A DNA stretch of 64,000 nucleotides from a phage, in the NCBI GenBank assembly GCA_036930585.1, contig GCA_036930585.1_3066.1; one strand, written 5' to 3'. Of this stretch, positions 1 through 9,716 are shown one piece after another (the first letter of the stretch is position 1; each line of letters begins with the position of its first letter). Made by a program: the position numbers and the translations under genes. A model generated the notes under the pieces. The model was not told the origin of the DNA and searched no databases. It saw nothing but the letters and a program-made list of their open reading frames with translations.

Positions 1-93
1 TTTATTTTGGTTTTGTGGATTTGATTCAGAACGCACGTGTTTTGGCTGAATATCTTTTACGTCAACAGTATAATTCACAGTAATTTTAGTCAT
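1..93 (-). CDS. partial ORF (N-terminus only, runs off window), hypothetical
   Basis: ATG at 93 on minus strand, open frame to position 1. Confidence 0.3.
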
Positions 94-102
94 AATACAC
101 CT

Positions 103-291
103 TTAGTCATAATAATCAGTAACAGTCCAAGCTTCATTTCTGTTGGACATTATTTTCGTATATTCTGATTTAAATGCATTCTTAAGCATAGATTCAGTAA
201 CTATATGCTCTTCATTAGAAAAATTATTTCTCAGAATATATCGTTTTATTTCAGGAATAGTTAATAGATGCTGTCCAGTTGAATATTCCAT
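103..291 (-). CDS. small hypothetical protein (T4 45.2 position)
   Basis: 62-aa ORF directly downstream of gene 46; synteny only. Confidence 0.5.
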   Translation of the reverse strand: MEYSTGQHLLTIPEIKRYILRNNFSNEEHIVTESMLKNAFKSEYTKIMSNRNEAWTVTDYYD

Positions 292-346
292 GTTTTTCCT
301 CCATAGAGATTATACTCTAATAAATTAAAGCATAATCTCTTATAAA

Positions 347-2029
347 TTAAACCATTACAGTAAATCGACCAACTTTCTTCATTTGAAGGTGCTGACCATA
401 TGCTTGTGGGTCATGGTCTCTATGCGAAATAACAAAAACATTAGTATTTTTTAAACTATCTAAAATAGTTGAAATAGCTTTTACACCTTCAACGTCGGTC
501 GCTGAATCAAAAACTTCATCAAGAATTAGTGTGTTTATTTTAACACCTGAAACTTTTTCAGCAATATCACGCCAAGTAAATAAAAGAGCAATATCAATTC
601 GTGCTTTTTCACCTTGACTGAATGAAGCATAACTAAAATCTTCACGACCACGTGATTTAATTGTCTCATTAAATTCTTCATCTAATGTAAACACATAATC
701 CGCTTCCATTATTTTAAGATAATGGTTAATCTGCTTATTAAATAATGGAATGTACTTTTTAATAATAGCACCTTTAATACCAGAATCTTTGAGCATATCA
801 GTCAAAATTCCTCGGTGATATTTTTCCATTACTAAATTAGTTTTTGTCTTAACAATTTTATCAAGTTCTTCTTGAAGCAGTGCTATTTCATCAGCATGGT
901 CAATAAACTCAGAAGATGCTTTTTCTATAGCCGCTTTAACCTTTTTAGCTTTATCTACTGCTGCGATCAGAGATTGCTTTTTATTGCGAATATCATTTGC
1001 CAACGTCTGCTGGGTTTTAATATTATCTCGGTATTCATCAACAAGAACTTTTAAATTATCACGATGTGTTGAAAGCTGTTCAAACGAATGCGTACATTCA
1101 GAAACTTTATCTTTAATTTTAGAAACAACTTTATCACCGGAACTTAATTGTGACAAGCAGGTTGGACATAATCCACCTTCGTGATACATATTAATGACTT
1201 TATTATACGAGTCAATTTTTGATTTAATTAAAACTGCTTCTTGACCGATTTTATTAAATGCATCAGTCGGGTCTTCATCTAAAACAATATTAACTAATCT
1301 TTCGTTAGCTTCTTCTATTTCCGATTTTAGCGTTCTAGCTTCTTTTGCCAAATCATCATACATATTTTGAAGACGAGTAAGGTTGTCACCCGTTAATTTT
1401 TTCTGGCGTTCAACGTTATCATTATATATTTTAATTTGTTGGATAATACTATCTTTTTTAACATCAAGCACTTGGTTTTGTGAATTTAATTCACGTATTA
1501 GTGCTTTATTAAGCTTATCCATTTCAGCTAATGTTCCTACCTCGAGCAGGTCTTCCACAAGCTTTCTTCGCGCAGGGGTCGACAAACCCATGAAAGGGGT
1601 ATACCCTGCTGTACCAAGGACAACAATCTGCTTGAAACTGGCATATGACATTCCGATAAGCTGTTCAAATTCTGCTTGGAAATCTTTACTGCTGGCAGAT
1701 TCATTAAGACGTGTACCGTTAACGGTGATTTCGAAAACGTTCGGTTTTTGTCCTCTTTTGATATAGTACTTTTTCTCATCATATTCCATCCACAGTTCAA
1801 CTAAAAGTTCTTTCTTATTTGTGCTGTTTATTAATTGACCTTTCTTTACATCACGAAATGGCTTGCCAAAAAGCCCAAACGTGATGGCTTCTAACATAGT
1901 AGACTTACCACCGCCATTTCGTCCAGTAATAAGAGTTTTTTGAACCTTATCTAATTGAATGTCAACTCCATTTTGACCAACTGACATTATATTTTTATAC
2001 CTAACTCGGTTTAGTTTAAAATTTTTCAC
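347..2029 (-). CDS. 46: recombination endonuclease subunit gp46 (SbcC/Rad50-like ATPase)
   Basis: 560 aa; Walker A GRNGGGKST; long coiled-coil middle; matches T4 gp46 by recall. Confidence 0.95.
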   Translation of the reverse strand: MKNFKLNRVRYKNIMSVGQNGVDIQLDKVQKTLITGRNGGGKSTMLEAITFGLFGKPFRDVKKGQLINSTNKKELLVELWMEYDEKKYYIKRGQKPNVFEITVNGTRLNESASSKDFQAEFEQLIGMSYASFKQIVVLGTAGYTPFMGLSTPARRKLVEDLLEVGTLAEMDKLNKALIRELNSQNQVLDVKKDSIIQQIKIYNDNVERQKKLTGDNLTRLQNMYDDLAKEARTLKSEIEEANERLVNIVLDEDPTDAFNKIGQEAVLIKSKIDSYNKVINMYHEGGLCPTCLSQLSSGDKVVSKIKDKVSECTHSFEQLSTHRDNLKVLVDEYRDNIKTQQTLANDIRNKKQSLIAAVDKAKKVKAAIEKASSEFIDHADEIALLQEELDKIVKTKTNLVMEKYHRGILTDMLKDSGIKGAIIKKYIPLFNKQINHYLKIMEADYVFTLDEEFNETIKSRGREDFSYASFSQGEKARIDIALLFTWRDIAEKVSGVKINTLILDEVFDSATDVEGVKAISTILDSLKNTNVFVISHRDHDPQAYGQHLQMKKVGRFTVMV

Positions 2030-2289
2030 AAAAGATTCCTTTTAATGTATCTTTTAGACCATTCTATCATATCATCATAATCTAAAAAGTATTCATCAAA
2101 TTCAGCCATGCAAACAACACCTTGTGCTGTTTTTGATGTAATATAAATTATTCCAACATATCTAGAATCTTCTTCGGTGTAATCAATATTTGCTATGAAT
2201 TCATCATTAATGTCAAATGTCGAAAACTTCACAGTATGCATCCTTAATACAAGATACAGCCATATCTCGTAATGATTTAGGTGTATCAT
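2026..2289 (-). CDS. hypothetical protein (46.1 position); start uncertain
   Basis: 87-aa ORF between genes 46 and 47. Confidence 0.45.
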   Translation of the reverse strand: MIHLNHYEIWLYLVLRMHTVKFSTFDINDEFIANIDYTEEDSRYVGIIYITSKTAQGVVCMAEFDEYFLDYDDMIEWSKRYIKRNLL

Positions 2290-2476
2290 TATCTAAAATG
2301 TTGAAGTTAAAAGATACGGCCCAATCAGTGCATACCGTAACCTTTTTAATACAATTATCTTCAACCTCTAGCGGTTCAAACCAATATTCAATAATTTCTT
2401 TATGCCCAATATCATCTTTTACTTCGCATTCAAAATGCTGACTCATCATAACATTTTTAAATTCATCAAAAGTCAT
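2213..2476 (-). CDS. hypothetical protein (46.2 position)
   Basis: 87-aa ORF, stop overlaps neighbour start. Confidence 0.5.
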   Translation of the reverse strand: MTFDEFKNVMMSQHFECEVKDDIGHKEIIEYWFEPLEVEDNCIKKVTVCTDWAVSFNFNILDNDTPKSLRDMAVSCIKDAYCEVFDI

Positions 2477-3492
2477 TGTGTTGCCTCTACATATAACTGA
2501 TTTGCATATTGAATAAGTGCTTCACGGTCAGAATCAGTGATGTCTGGAATTGCATTAATGTATTCTTCCATCAATGTCTGAAGCGATTGAACTTCAACTT
2601 CTTCACTGTCATCTGACTCGACAGAGTTATCAATCTTTGACACAACTCGTAATGAATGCACAACTTTTTCTAGTTCAGATTCGAACTTCGTCAGATTTTT
2701 GTCTACTTCAGTTACTATAACACGTACTGATAGATTTGTAAAATCTTTATAGTCAATTTTTCCTTTAAATGGATAATGAATTCTACGATGCCAGGTAGTA
2801 TTATTTGGAATAAATTCCATTCGTTCTGTTTCTGTATCAAACATCCAGAACCCACGAGGGTCATTCTCGTCACCTGCAGTTAGTGTCCATGGTGTCCCAA
2901 TATATCTGACGTTAGCAGCCTCAGAGATAGTATGGAAGTGACCAGACCACACTTCCTTATAAGTCTTAAGGAAATCAGGTTCAAGACCGTGAGATTTCAT
3001 TCCTTTATAAAAATAAAATCCGTTCAGTTCCCAGTGACCAACACAAAAAGAAGCAGATGAAGTTTTGATATGCTCAAGAATTTCACCAGTATTTTCTTCA
3101 CACATCCAAGGAATTAAATCAATTAAACATCCGTCAAAATCTACTGTAGTAGGCTTATCATATACTTTAACATTAGGATATTTAGCCAAAAGCTCAGTAG
3201 AGGCATTTGGATGCATTACATTTTTATAGTGGAGATCGTGATTTCCTACAATAGTATGTAATGTGATTCCAGCACCATCAAGCATTTGAACTATTTCACG
3301 GGCAAACTCCATAGTTTTATGCGTGATTGCTTTTCGCACATCAAAAATATCACCATATTGAATCCAGGTAGTAATTCCATTTTTCTTAGAATATTCTATC
3401 GCTTGCTTAATTCCGTCAAGTTGAATACCGCGAATCCATTCATCATCAGCTTTAACGCCTAAATGCCAATCACCTAAATTTAAAATTTTCAT
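2473..3492 (-). CDS. 47: recombination endonuclease subunit gp47 (Mre11/SbcD-like phosphoesterase)
   Basis: 339 aa; GDWHLG and GNHD metallophosphatase motifs; matches T4 gp47 by recall. Confidence 0.95.
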   Translation of the reverse strand: MKILNLGDWHLGVKADDEWIRGIQLDGIKQAIEYSKKNGITTWIQYGDIFDVRKAITHKTMEFAREIVQMLDGAGITLHTIVGNHDLHYKNVMHPNASTELLAKYPNVKVYDKPTTVDFDGCLIDLIPWMCEENTGEILEHIKTSSASFCVGHWELNGFYFYKGMKSHGLEPDFLKTYKEVWSGHFHTISEAANVRYIGTPWTLTAGDENDPRGFWMFDTETERMEFIPNNTTWHRRIHYPFKGKIDYKDFTNLSVRVIVTEVDKNLTKFESELEKVVHSLRVVSKIDNSVESDDSEEVEVQSLQTLMEEYINAIPDITDSDREALIQYANQLYVEATQ

Positions 3493-3629
3493 ATATCAAG
3501 AACCGTCATTGAAATGCAAAATAAAATTATTGAAATAAATCCATCTGGAGTGCTAAAGAACCCAATCCAACATGCTCTAGTGAATAGATAAAATGCAAGA
3601 AAAAGTATCACATATCCAAGAAATATCAT
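3489..3629 (-). CDS. putative small hydrophobic protein (46 aa, 2 predicted TM segments)
   Basis: hand-translated ORF below the 60-aa track cutoff; its TGA overlaps gene 47 ATG (ATGA). Confidence 0.3.
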   Translation of the reverse strand: MIFLGYVILFLAFYLFTRACWIGFFSTPDGFISIILFCISMTVLDI

Positions 3630-3652
3630 TATATCAAACTCCGTATAAAGCT

Positions 3653-3670
3653 AAAGGGCCGAAGCCCTTT
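3653..3670 (-). terminator. GC hairpin (gggc-cgaa-gccc) with A/T flanks, at the a-gt stop
   Basis: inverted repeat read from sequence. Confidence 0.5.
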
Positions 3671-4871
3671 ATTTTGTAATAATGTCAAACTGTTCTTTAA
3701 AGCAGAAGCTTGAATCTTGATGCTGATACAAAAATTCATATGCTTTTTCTCGCTCACGGTCATAAAGAGCTCGGTCAGATGACAGTTCTTTAATACGCTC
3801 GAATGTTGATTCCATGTCATTTTCATCAAACCAAATGATACCGCTATCATGCGAGGTCAAAGGAGTATTATCAACACGGAATTTTAAATTTTCGCCAGTA
3901 GATTTCCAAAATACCGGAATTGTTCCACATGCACCAAGCTCGAGATGAGTATATTCTAAAGAGCGCTGTAGATATTTTTTATCCAACTTACTCAACTGAT
4001 AACCAAAACCGGATTTACTCATACGTTCAAGCATTTCGCTATTTACATAACGGTCAAGAATTTGCGTTGGCAAATTAGGAGCAATTTTAATTTGGTCTAC
4101 TTGATGAAGACGATAATACTCGTATGGAATTCCTTTTTCTTTAATAGGAATGAACGCTGGAGAACGTTCCAGACCTTCCATAATAGTACTTAGTCCTGCA
4201 GGTTTAAGATGTTTTTCGTGAAAATCAAACATCTGATAAAAACCTTTCCATGTAGTCGTACGACCAATCCAACGGTTGATATTCATATTAATTTCAGAAA
4301 CATCTTTCCAGTAGGTTGACCGAACCTTCGCAATATCCATAGGAGGCTGAAAGTTATATACGGTCGGTGCTTCTTCAATATCATCAAACAGAGAAACAGT
4401 TTCTGGATACCATTCTTTCATCAGAACTTTATTAAAATCACCATTATCAGAATGACTAAAAATAACATCAGCTCGACGAACAGTTTCTTCTAATCCCAAA
4501 TTTCGACGCAAAGAAAGAGAAGAATGGTCATGTTGATAAACTACAACACGAACAGAAGGTTTAATGTTATCAATAATTTTTTTATAGTTATTAATAGTGT
4601 CTTCTTCAACCGAAGTAGCAGGAACTGAATTGATAATTAGAATATCACAATCATTTACCAGCTTAAGTGTTTTATCGTATTCTTTTGCCAATAAAACCGG
4701 AATTGAAAATGATTTATAATCATGCGCGCAATTACGAGTAAATGATTTATCTTTAGCATAAACCAAAGTCACTTCATGACCATTTTTAATAAACCAATCA
4801 CGTTGCTCGAGTGAGAATTTTGTTACACCACAACCTTCAAGACCTCGAGCCATAAAAATACATGCTTTCAT
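3669..4871 (-). CDS. a-gt: DNA alpha-glucosyltransferase
   Basis: 400 aa; near-identical to T4 a-gt by recall. Confidence 0.95.
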   Translation of the reverse strand: MKACIFMARGLEGCGVTKFSLEQRDWFIKNGHEVTLVYAKDKSFTRNCAHDYKSFSIPVLLAKEYDKTLKLVNDCDILIINSVPATSVEEDTINNYKKIIDNIKPSVRVVVYQHDHSSLSLRRNLGLEETVRRADVIFSHSDNGDFNKVLMKEWYPETVSLFDDIEEAPTVYNFQPPMDIAKVRSTYWKDVSEINMNINRWIGRTTTWKGFYQMFDFHEKHLKPAGLSTIMEGLERSPAFIPIKEKGIPYEYYRLHQVDQIKIAPNLPTQILDRYVNSEMLERMSKSGFGYQLSKLDKKYLQRSLEYTHLELGACGTIPVFWKSTGENLKFRVDNTPLTSHDSGIIWFDENDMESTFERIKELSSDRALYDREREKAYEFLYQHQDSSFCFKEQFDIITK

Positions 4872-4922
4872 TTAATATCCTCTTTGTTTTGGTTTATTTT
4901 ACCAAAAAATTTATAAAGCAAT

Positions 4923-4942
4923 ATAGGAGCCGAAGCTCCTAT
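4923..4942 (-). terminator. hairpin ataggagc-cgaa-gctcctat
   Basis: inverted repeat upstream of a-gt. Confidence 0.4.
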
Positions 4943-5028
4943 CCGCATAATACACCGTATAGAGGCTCATTAGAGCTTCTAAATTTTATGCGCTTATATT
5001 TTATAGTTCCTTCTGCTTTAGCTTTATC

Positions 5029-5052
5029 ATGAGACTCTTTAAAGAGTCTCAT
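5029..5052. repeat. 24-bp perfect palindrome atgagactctttaaagagtctcat
   Basis: checked base by base; intergenic. Confidence 0.8.
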
Positions 5053-5115
5053 CATTTCCTTTTTAGAGGAACGAATTTTATTATAATCTATTTCAGAAGT
5101 CTGGGTGTTCATCTT

Positions 5116-5322
5116 TCATAGTTGCCACCATTTTTTGACTTGATAGGAATCAACCCACACTTTCATATTAGGGTCTGCTCTTACAATAGGAGGATTAACT
5201 TCTTTAATTGAACTATCGTGGTATTCTTTTTCAGAAATTTTCACACAAAGATGACCATTCAAAGATTCAGTAAATCCTGCATTAATTTTAAGACGCTTGA
5301 ATTTTACGCGTGTAAGCATCAA
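5116..5322 (-). CDS. hypothetical protein
   Basis: 68-aa ORF. Confidence 0.4.
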   Translation of the reverse strand: MMLTRVKFKRLKINAGFTESLNGHLCVKISEKEYHDSSIKEVNPPIVRADPNMKVWVDSYQVKKWWQL

Positions 5323-5605
5323 TCATATCCTCAATCTGCGATCTAGTAGTCTTCCAAAGAATACTAATGAGTTCATCGTTATATGGCTGTTTTAGAATAT
5401 CCCGACTTTTCTTGATAGCATATTCGTATTGAGCAAAATTATTATTTTCAGCTGCGATCTGAGCATGCTTATAAAGACGATTCAGTTCGCGTTTGTTTTT
5501 AGACAATAACTTATTTGCTTTTCTTTCTGCTTCAAGACGGTTCTTTTCTTCAATAGAAGAAATAAGCTTTTCCACTTCATCATTAATTTCGGGTTTATCA
5601 GTCAT
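5288..5605 (-). CDS. hypothetical protein
   Basis: 105-aa ORF, charged/helical. Confidence 0.5.
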   Translation of the reverse strand: MTDKPEINDEVEKLISSIEEKNRLEAERKANKLLSKNKRELNRLYKHAQIAAENNNFAQYEYAIKKSRDILKQPYNDELISILWKTTRSQIEDMIDAYTRKIQAS

Positions 5606-5606
5606 A

Positions 5607-5825
5607 TTATTTCTCTAATATAAAATAAAAATCATCATCTGTTAAATGATATCTGTAATTTAATTCTACACCATTAGATTTAAAAGCGGTATCATACGGA
5701 TTTTCTGGATCAATATCAATGTCAAGAGCTAAAACTTCCCTGAGATACATTTTAAGTAAATAGGGAATAGCTTCAACTTCAGGTATTTCTTCCAAGAATC
5801 CGGAGAGGTTAATCGTTAGCCTCAT
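5607..5825 (-). CDS. hypothetical protein
   Basis: 72-aa ORF immediately downstream of gene 55. Confidence 0.5.
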
Positions 5826-6366
5826 ATAAAAAATCCAAACTAGGAGAATCGTCTACAACACTTTTCTTTTCAGCCCCCGGTGTTCTATAGGTTGATTCTT
5901 CGTAATGCGTCATTTTATCGTAGATGTCTTGAATAAAAGTTTCATCTACTAACGCAACCATATCGTCGTCACGACTGTCATAGACATTGTGAACGAAGTA
6001 ACTATATTTCTTTGCAACTTCCTTACGTTCTTTTTTAATACGTTGGACGAATGCATTAAAACAAGCTTGAGTTATATATGCATGTGGGTTTTTATATTTC
6101 GTTTCATCAAAATTATGAAGCCCCTTAATAGAAGCTTCTATACCATCTGCAATCATTTCTTGTTTCCAAGACTGGGTGTATCCTGAAAAGTTGAAACGTT
6201 TAGATAAGCCTTCTGCAATAAGCATAATGGCTAATCCGATAGTATCATTCTGACGAACTACTTTATTTGGGTCTTTATTATTTGCTAATTCTGTTTTCCA
6301 ATCAATAATAGCTTGTAAAAGCTCTTTATTGTTTACGTAATTATATTTAGGCTTAGTTTCTGACAT
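5809..6366 (-). CDS. 55: late-transcription sigma factor gp55
   Basis: matches T4 gp55 by recall; start placed at [10 protein letters not shown]. Confidence 0.95.
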
Positions 6367-6444
6367 TTTCACCTCTTAGCTCAATTCATAGATCTATTAT
6401 ATCATAATATTTGAAGATCTATCTTAAAGCATAGAGGATATCAG

Positions 6445-6714
6445 TTATCTAAGTAAACAGTATGCTTGGAATACTTTCTCCATCATCTTTTTAAATTCAT
6501 GAATATCTATATAATGACTAGTTAGATCAGCATGATATAAAAAGTCTAAAAACTTTTCATGTGTACTAACATATTCACTTTCATTTAATTCAGAAACATG
6601 GCTTTCCCAATATCCAACACCAGTCTTATTTGGGAAAAATGAAATTTTCATGTATTTGTCAACATAGAAAATGCCATAATTTTCAATAGTAATAGAAATA
6701 TTAATAAATTTCAT
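6445..6714 (-). CDS. hypothetical protein
   Basis: 89-aa ORF. Confidence 0.5.
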   Translation of the reverse strand: MKFINISITIENYGIFYVDKYMKISFFPNKTGVGYWESHVSELNESEYVSTHEKFLDFLYHADLTSHYIDIHEFKKMMEKVFQAYCLLR

Positions 6715-6926
6715 ACATTCATCAACTTAGCCGCTTCAAGAGCTGCATCTAGTGAATCAAATTGATCAACATATTCAATCAATTCGCCGTAATTAGCATA
6801 TAACCACCATTGGCTAAATTCATACTCAAGGATGAATCCGTTTCCTTCAATTTGAGTTAAACCAATGCCATTTGTATTTACTTCATACCAAGCAAGACGT
6901 AAATCGTTAATAAGAGCTTCGTTCAT
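6711..6926 (-). CDS. hypothetical protein
   Basis: 71-aa ORF. Confidence 0.5.
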   Translation of the reverse strand: MNEALINDLRLAWYEVNTNGIGLTQIEGNGFILEYEFSQWWLYANYGELIEYVDQFDSLDAALEAAKLMNV

Positions 6927-6928
6927 AA

Positions 6929-7255
6929 TTATACCTTAGTAATTTTCAGGTCTGCAAATTTTTTCTTGCGTTGATTTTTCATGCGACGAATAGTTTTATC
7001 GGAAATTTCATGCTTTTGATAAGCTTTAGATTCTACACCAAAAGCTTTAACATCAAATTCTGACAAGATATATTGAACCAACAATTCACGGACAGTATTG
7101 CGTCCAATCTTCTGATCATTCTGTTTCATCGTCTGATGAAGCTCTTTTTCCCATTTATCCAAAATTTGAGGAGTTACAATATCGCCTTTTTCTAGCAAAG
7201 AAACTACTTTATCATATGCGTAAGAATTAATGACGTTTTTAATTTGAATAGTCAT
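6929..7255 (-). CDS. hypothetical protein
   Basis: 108-aa ORF. Confidence 0.5.
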   Translation of the reverse strand: MTIQIKNVINSYAYDKVVSLLEKGDIVTPQILDKWEKELHQTMKQNDQKIGRNTVRELLVQYILSEFDVKAFGVESKAYQKHEISDKTIRRMKNQRKKKFADLKITKV

Positions 7256-7280
7256 ACATTATCCTCAATTACGTTAAAAT

Positions 7281-7309
7281 TTTATTATCCAAAAAGGGCC
7301 GAAGCCCTT
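7281..7309 (-). terminator. intrinsic terminator (aagggc-cgaa-gccctt followed by T-run on minus strand)
   Basis: hairpin plus TTTTT directly after stop of ORF 7308..7508. Confidence 0.65.
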
Positions 7310-7508
7310 AGCTAAACTTTTTGGCACCCTTCCAGCCTTCGTACATCATTGCGACTGACAATGACAAAGCTCCTTCACATGCTGCATACTTATTATTCCA
7401 GAACCAATTTAGAAAAACTTCATCCTCAATACCATTGTGTTTCATGTTCTGGAAAAATTTGGCGCGTTCTTCAGCAATTCGCTGCGATAATTTAGATTCA
7501 GGATTCAT
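7308..7508 (-). CDS. hypothetical protein
   Basis: 66-aa ORF. Confidence 0.5.
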   Translation of the reverse strand: MNPESKLSQRIAEERAKFFQNMKHNGIEDEVFLNWFWNNKYAACEGALSLSVAMMYEGWKGAKKFS

Positions 7509-7724
7509 TTAAATTTCCCAATTGCCATTTTCATCAATAAATTTAATCCAGTCATTTACTGACCACTTAGTTGTATCGCCTTTTGGAGTAACATTTAAAG
7601 TATATAACCCCTGCTTAAAAAGCATTCGTTTGATATTCATATTTTCCTCAGCTATAACGATAACACTCGTTTGATTTACGTTTAGCAACTCGTTGAGAAG
7701 TATTATAATCAAAATCATCGTCAA
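7509..7724 (-). CDS. hypothetical protein
   Basis: 71-aa ORF. Confidence 0.4.
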   Translation of the reverse strand: MTMILIIILLNELLNVNQTSVIVIAEENMNIKRMLFKQGLYTLNVTPKGDTTKWSVNDWIKFIDENGNWEI

Positions 7725-7941
7725 TGTAAACTGATTTTTTCAACTTTCTTACTTCACCGCGTAATTGACGATTTAACTCATCTTTAACTTCTGAATCAAT
7801 ACCTTTCATTCTACGCCATTTATCTGAGCGAAAAATGTTTTCAACCATATCTTTATGACTTACAGCATCAGGAGCTTTACGCTTTCCGAAATAGTCATAA
7901 TCACGAACTTTCAAGTCTTTACGACGATACGTTTTACCCAT
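7648..7941 (-). CDS. hypothetical basic protein; start uncertain
   Basis: ORF 7648..7980, internal Met chosen to avoid overlap. Confidence 0.35.
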   Translation of the reverse strand: MGKTYRRKDLKVRDYDYFGKRKAPDAVSHKDMVENIFRSDKWRRMKGIDSEVKDELNRQLRGEVRKLKKSVYIDDDFDYNTSQRVAKRKSNECYRYS

Positions 7942-8116
7942 GGAGTTTAATTTCCTTAGCAACTGAACTAAATGCAGCACGATCGCAAATCATGTGTTTA
8001 TGTAACTTAAGTATAAGATAATAAACATCATAACCATTTACGTAAGTAACACGAACAGCATTACCATTAATGAGATAATACTGCCCCTTTTTAATTTCTT
8101 TATCAACCATAACCAT
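7934..8116 (-). CDS. hypothetical protein
   Basis: 60-aa ORF just downstream of promoter at 8147-8176. Confidence 0.45.
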   Translation of the reverse strand: MVMVDKEIKKGQYYLINGNAVRVTYVNGYDVYYLILKLHKHMICDRAAFSSVAKEIKLHG

Positions 8117-8146
8117 ATCAATTCCTCAAAGGCAATTCATATGTTA

Positions 8147-8176
8147 ATAATACCACAGTTTGAGCTCGTTGTAAAC
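8147..8176 (-). promoter_or_regulatory. early-type promoter: GTTTAC, 18 bp, TATTAT with TGg extension
   Basis: motif read on minus strand. Confidence 0.6.
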
Positions 8177-8274
8177 AACTTTGTGAAAATTATTTTAGGG
8201 AATGATAAGAAGGGAACGATAGCTTAGAATGGTAATATACAGAATGTGAGAAAGAAGGACCCAGAGGGCCCGTC

Positions 8275-8598
8275 TTAGTCTTCTATGATATCTCTATCAT
8301 ATCCAAGTGAAATGAGAGTTTCTTTGAAGTGTTTAATGTTCTTTTGTCTAGAATCATTAATGAAAATGACTGGATAACGAATGTTAAGAGATGTGAATCC
8401 AGCGCGTTTAGCAAGAGATACAATCAGCGGACGATCATACTCAATCTTACCGTTATTTGTAAGAACTTTATAGAAAGTAAAAGGAGCATTGAGCTCCTTT
8501 AGAAGTTTTGTAACTGATTGACATCCAGGACAACGACCTACTTCTTCGGGGATGCCATAGATTTCAATCTTATTCTTTAAGTTCGAGTTTTGTTCCAC
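8275..8598 (-). CDS. nrdH: glutaredoxin-like protein NrdH; start uncertain (GTG at 8598 proposed)
   Basis: CPGC redox motif in glutaredoxin-like context; N-terminal part of track ORF 8275..8727 looks non-coding. Confidence 0.7.
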   Translation of the reverse strand: MEQNSNLKNKIEIYGIPEEVGRCPGCQSVTKLLKELNAPFTFYKVLTNNGKIEYDRPLIVSLAKRAGFTSLNIRYPVIFINDSRQKNIKHFKETLISLGYDRDIIED

Positions 8599-8881
8599 GA
8601 GAAATAATTCCTTGATAAGCCCAGTATGGCGGGTTAACAGAATCCTCACCAGAGTTTTCTTCAGGAAAATAAACCTGGATAACAAATCCAGATGCATCAA
8701 AGGTAAAATAAACCGTAGGCAGTTCACCTAACAATTCGGCACGAGCATTAATTTCTTCGAGATCTCGTTCACGTCCAGCCCAAAAACTAGGATTTAGACT
8801 ACATTCGTAAAAATAATAGTCATTACCGAACATATCAAAACCCTTCCAACTCTCTACTACATACCGCTCAAAACTAATCAT
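8570..8881 (-). CDS. hypothetical protein
   Basis: 103-aa ORF. Confidence 0.5.
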   Translation of the reverse strand: MISFERYVVESWKGFDMFGNDYYFYECSLNPSFWAGRERDLEEINARAELLGELPTVYFTFDASGFVIQVYFPEENSGEDSVNPPYWAYQGIISRGTKLELKE

Positions 8882-8883
8882 AA

Positions 8884-9099
8884 TTAAGCCTTTTTATCAA
8901 GAACAGAATTCAGCTTGTTAGTAATTTTATCCAGACGCTCATTGAACTCGCTAGAAGATAAACCCTTTTCTGGAGAAATCAAACTAATCACGAAAAATAT
9001 AGCAATAAAAGGAATAAGGAAAATAGCTCCAACTGCCATAAACAGAAAGAATGTTACAGTTGTAAGAAAATCAGCTAAACCTTTACGAAATTTATACAT
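8884..9099 (-). CDS. small membrane protein (1-2 TM)
   Basis: hydrophobic stretch FLTTVTFFLFMAVGAIFLIPFIAIFFVISLI. Confidence 0.5.
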   Translation of the reverse strand: MYKFRKGLADFLTTVTFFLFMAVGAIFLIPFIAIFFVISLISPEKGLSSSEFNERLDKITNKLNSVLDKKA

Positions 9100-9214
9100 A
9101 TTTTACCCTTAATCGATTAACCGAGCATTGATAAGTACTAAACTATACTGCGAATAAAATTCTGGACCAAAATGAAAAATCATATCATTTATAGTATCCA
9201 TAATGTAATTCAAT

Positions 9215-9652
9215 TTAATCATGTGTCCACACCCCATCGGTATTTGACCAAAGCCGCTGATTATCTGATCCTCGCCACAGCTTTTTGGTCGGAAGATTTT
9301 TCTCATACTTCCCATCAATAATAACATCAACATATTTAAGCATTTCTAGCTGTTTAATATCTTCAAACTTATATCCTGTCCACAACCAAATGTCTTTCTC
9401 AGGAAATCTTGCTTTAACCCAAGAAACTAAATTTGAAATCTCTTCTCGGTTCTGTGGATAAAGCGGGTCACCACCGGTTAAGGTAAGGCCTTGGATATAT
9501 GATTTGCTTAAATGGGACGCAAGTTCTTTAACGGTATTCATAGTGAATAACTGTCCGTTACGAGCATTCCAAGTACTACGATTATAACAACCTTCGCATT
9601 TATGCAAACAACCTGTAACGAAAAGAACGGTCCTGCATCCAGGGCCATTCAC
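9215..9652 (-). CDS. nrdG: anaerobic RNR activating enzyme NrdG (radical SAM), no ATG or SD, in-frame TAG just upstream
   Basis: VNGPGC...CLHKCEGCYN motif; track start is GTG at 9652. Confidence 0.75.
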   Translation of the reverse strand: MNGPGCRTVLFVTGCLHKCEGCYNRSTWNARNGQLFTMNTVKELASHLSKSYIQGLTLTGGDPLYPQNREEISNLVSWVKARFPEKDIWLWTGYKFEDIKQLEMLKYVDVIIDGKYEKNLPTKKLWRGSDNQRLWSNTDGVWTHD

Positions 9653-9716
9653 AAAGCAGCACGGGATTGTCTACTAGAGAGGTTCCCCGTTTAGACCGGT
9701 TTTACATGAGCCTGAA

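Noticed and set aside
872-1766. Plus-strand ORFs (872..1054, 984..1184, 1383..1766) and minus 1537..1800 inside gene 46
   Set aside because: They lie wholly within or antisense to the well-supported gp46 coding sequence, have low-complexity or hydrophobic composition and no start signals; judged to be frame artefacts.
3629-3850. Minus-strand 73-aa ORF overlapping the 3' end of a-gt
   Set aside because: It overlaps the strongly supported a-gt frame; a shorter 46-codon ORF (3489..3629) between a-gt and gene 47 was kept instead, at low confidence.
8599-8727. N-terminal extension of the NrdH ORF (MNCLRFILPLMHLDLL...)
   Set aside because: The extension is Leu-rich and overlaps the upstream ORF; glutaredoxin-like sequence starts only near 8598, so the long start was not used.
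9109-9333. Minus-strand 74-aa ORF overlapping nrdG
   Set aside because: It overlaps the radical-SAM NrdG frame in a different frame with no independent support.
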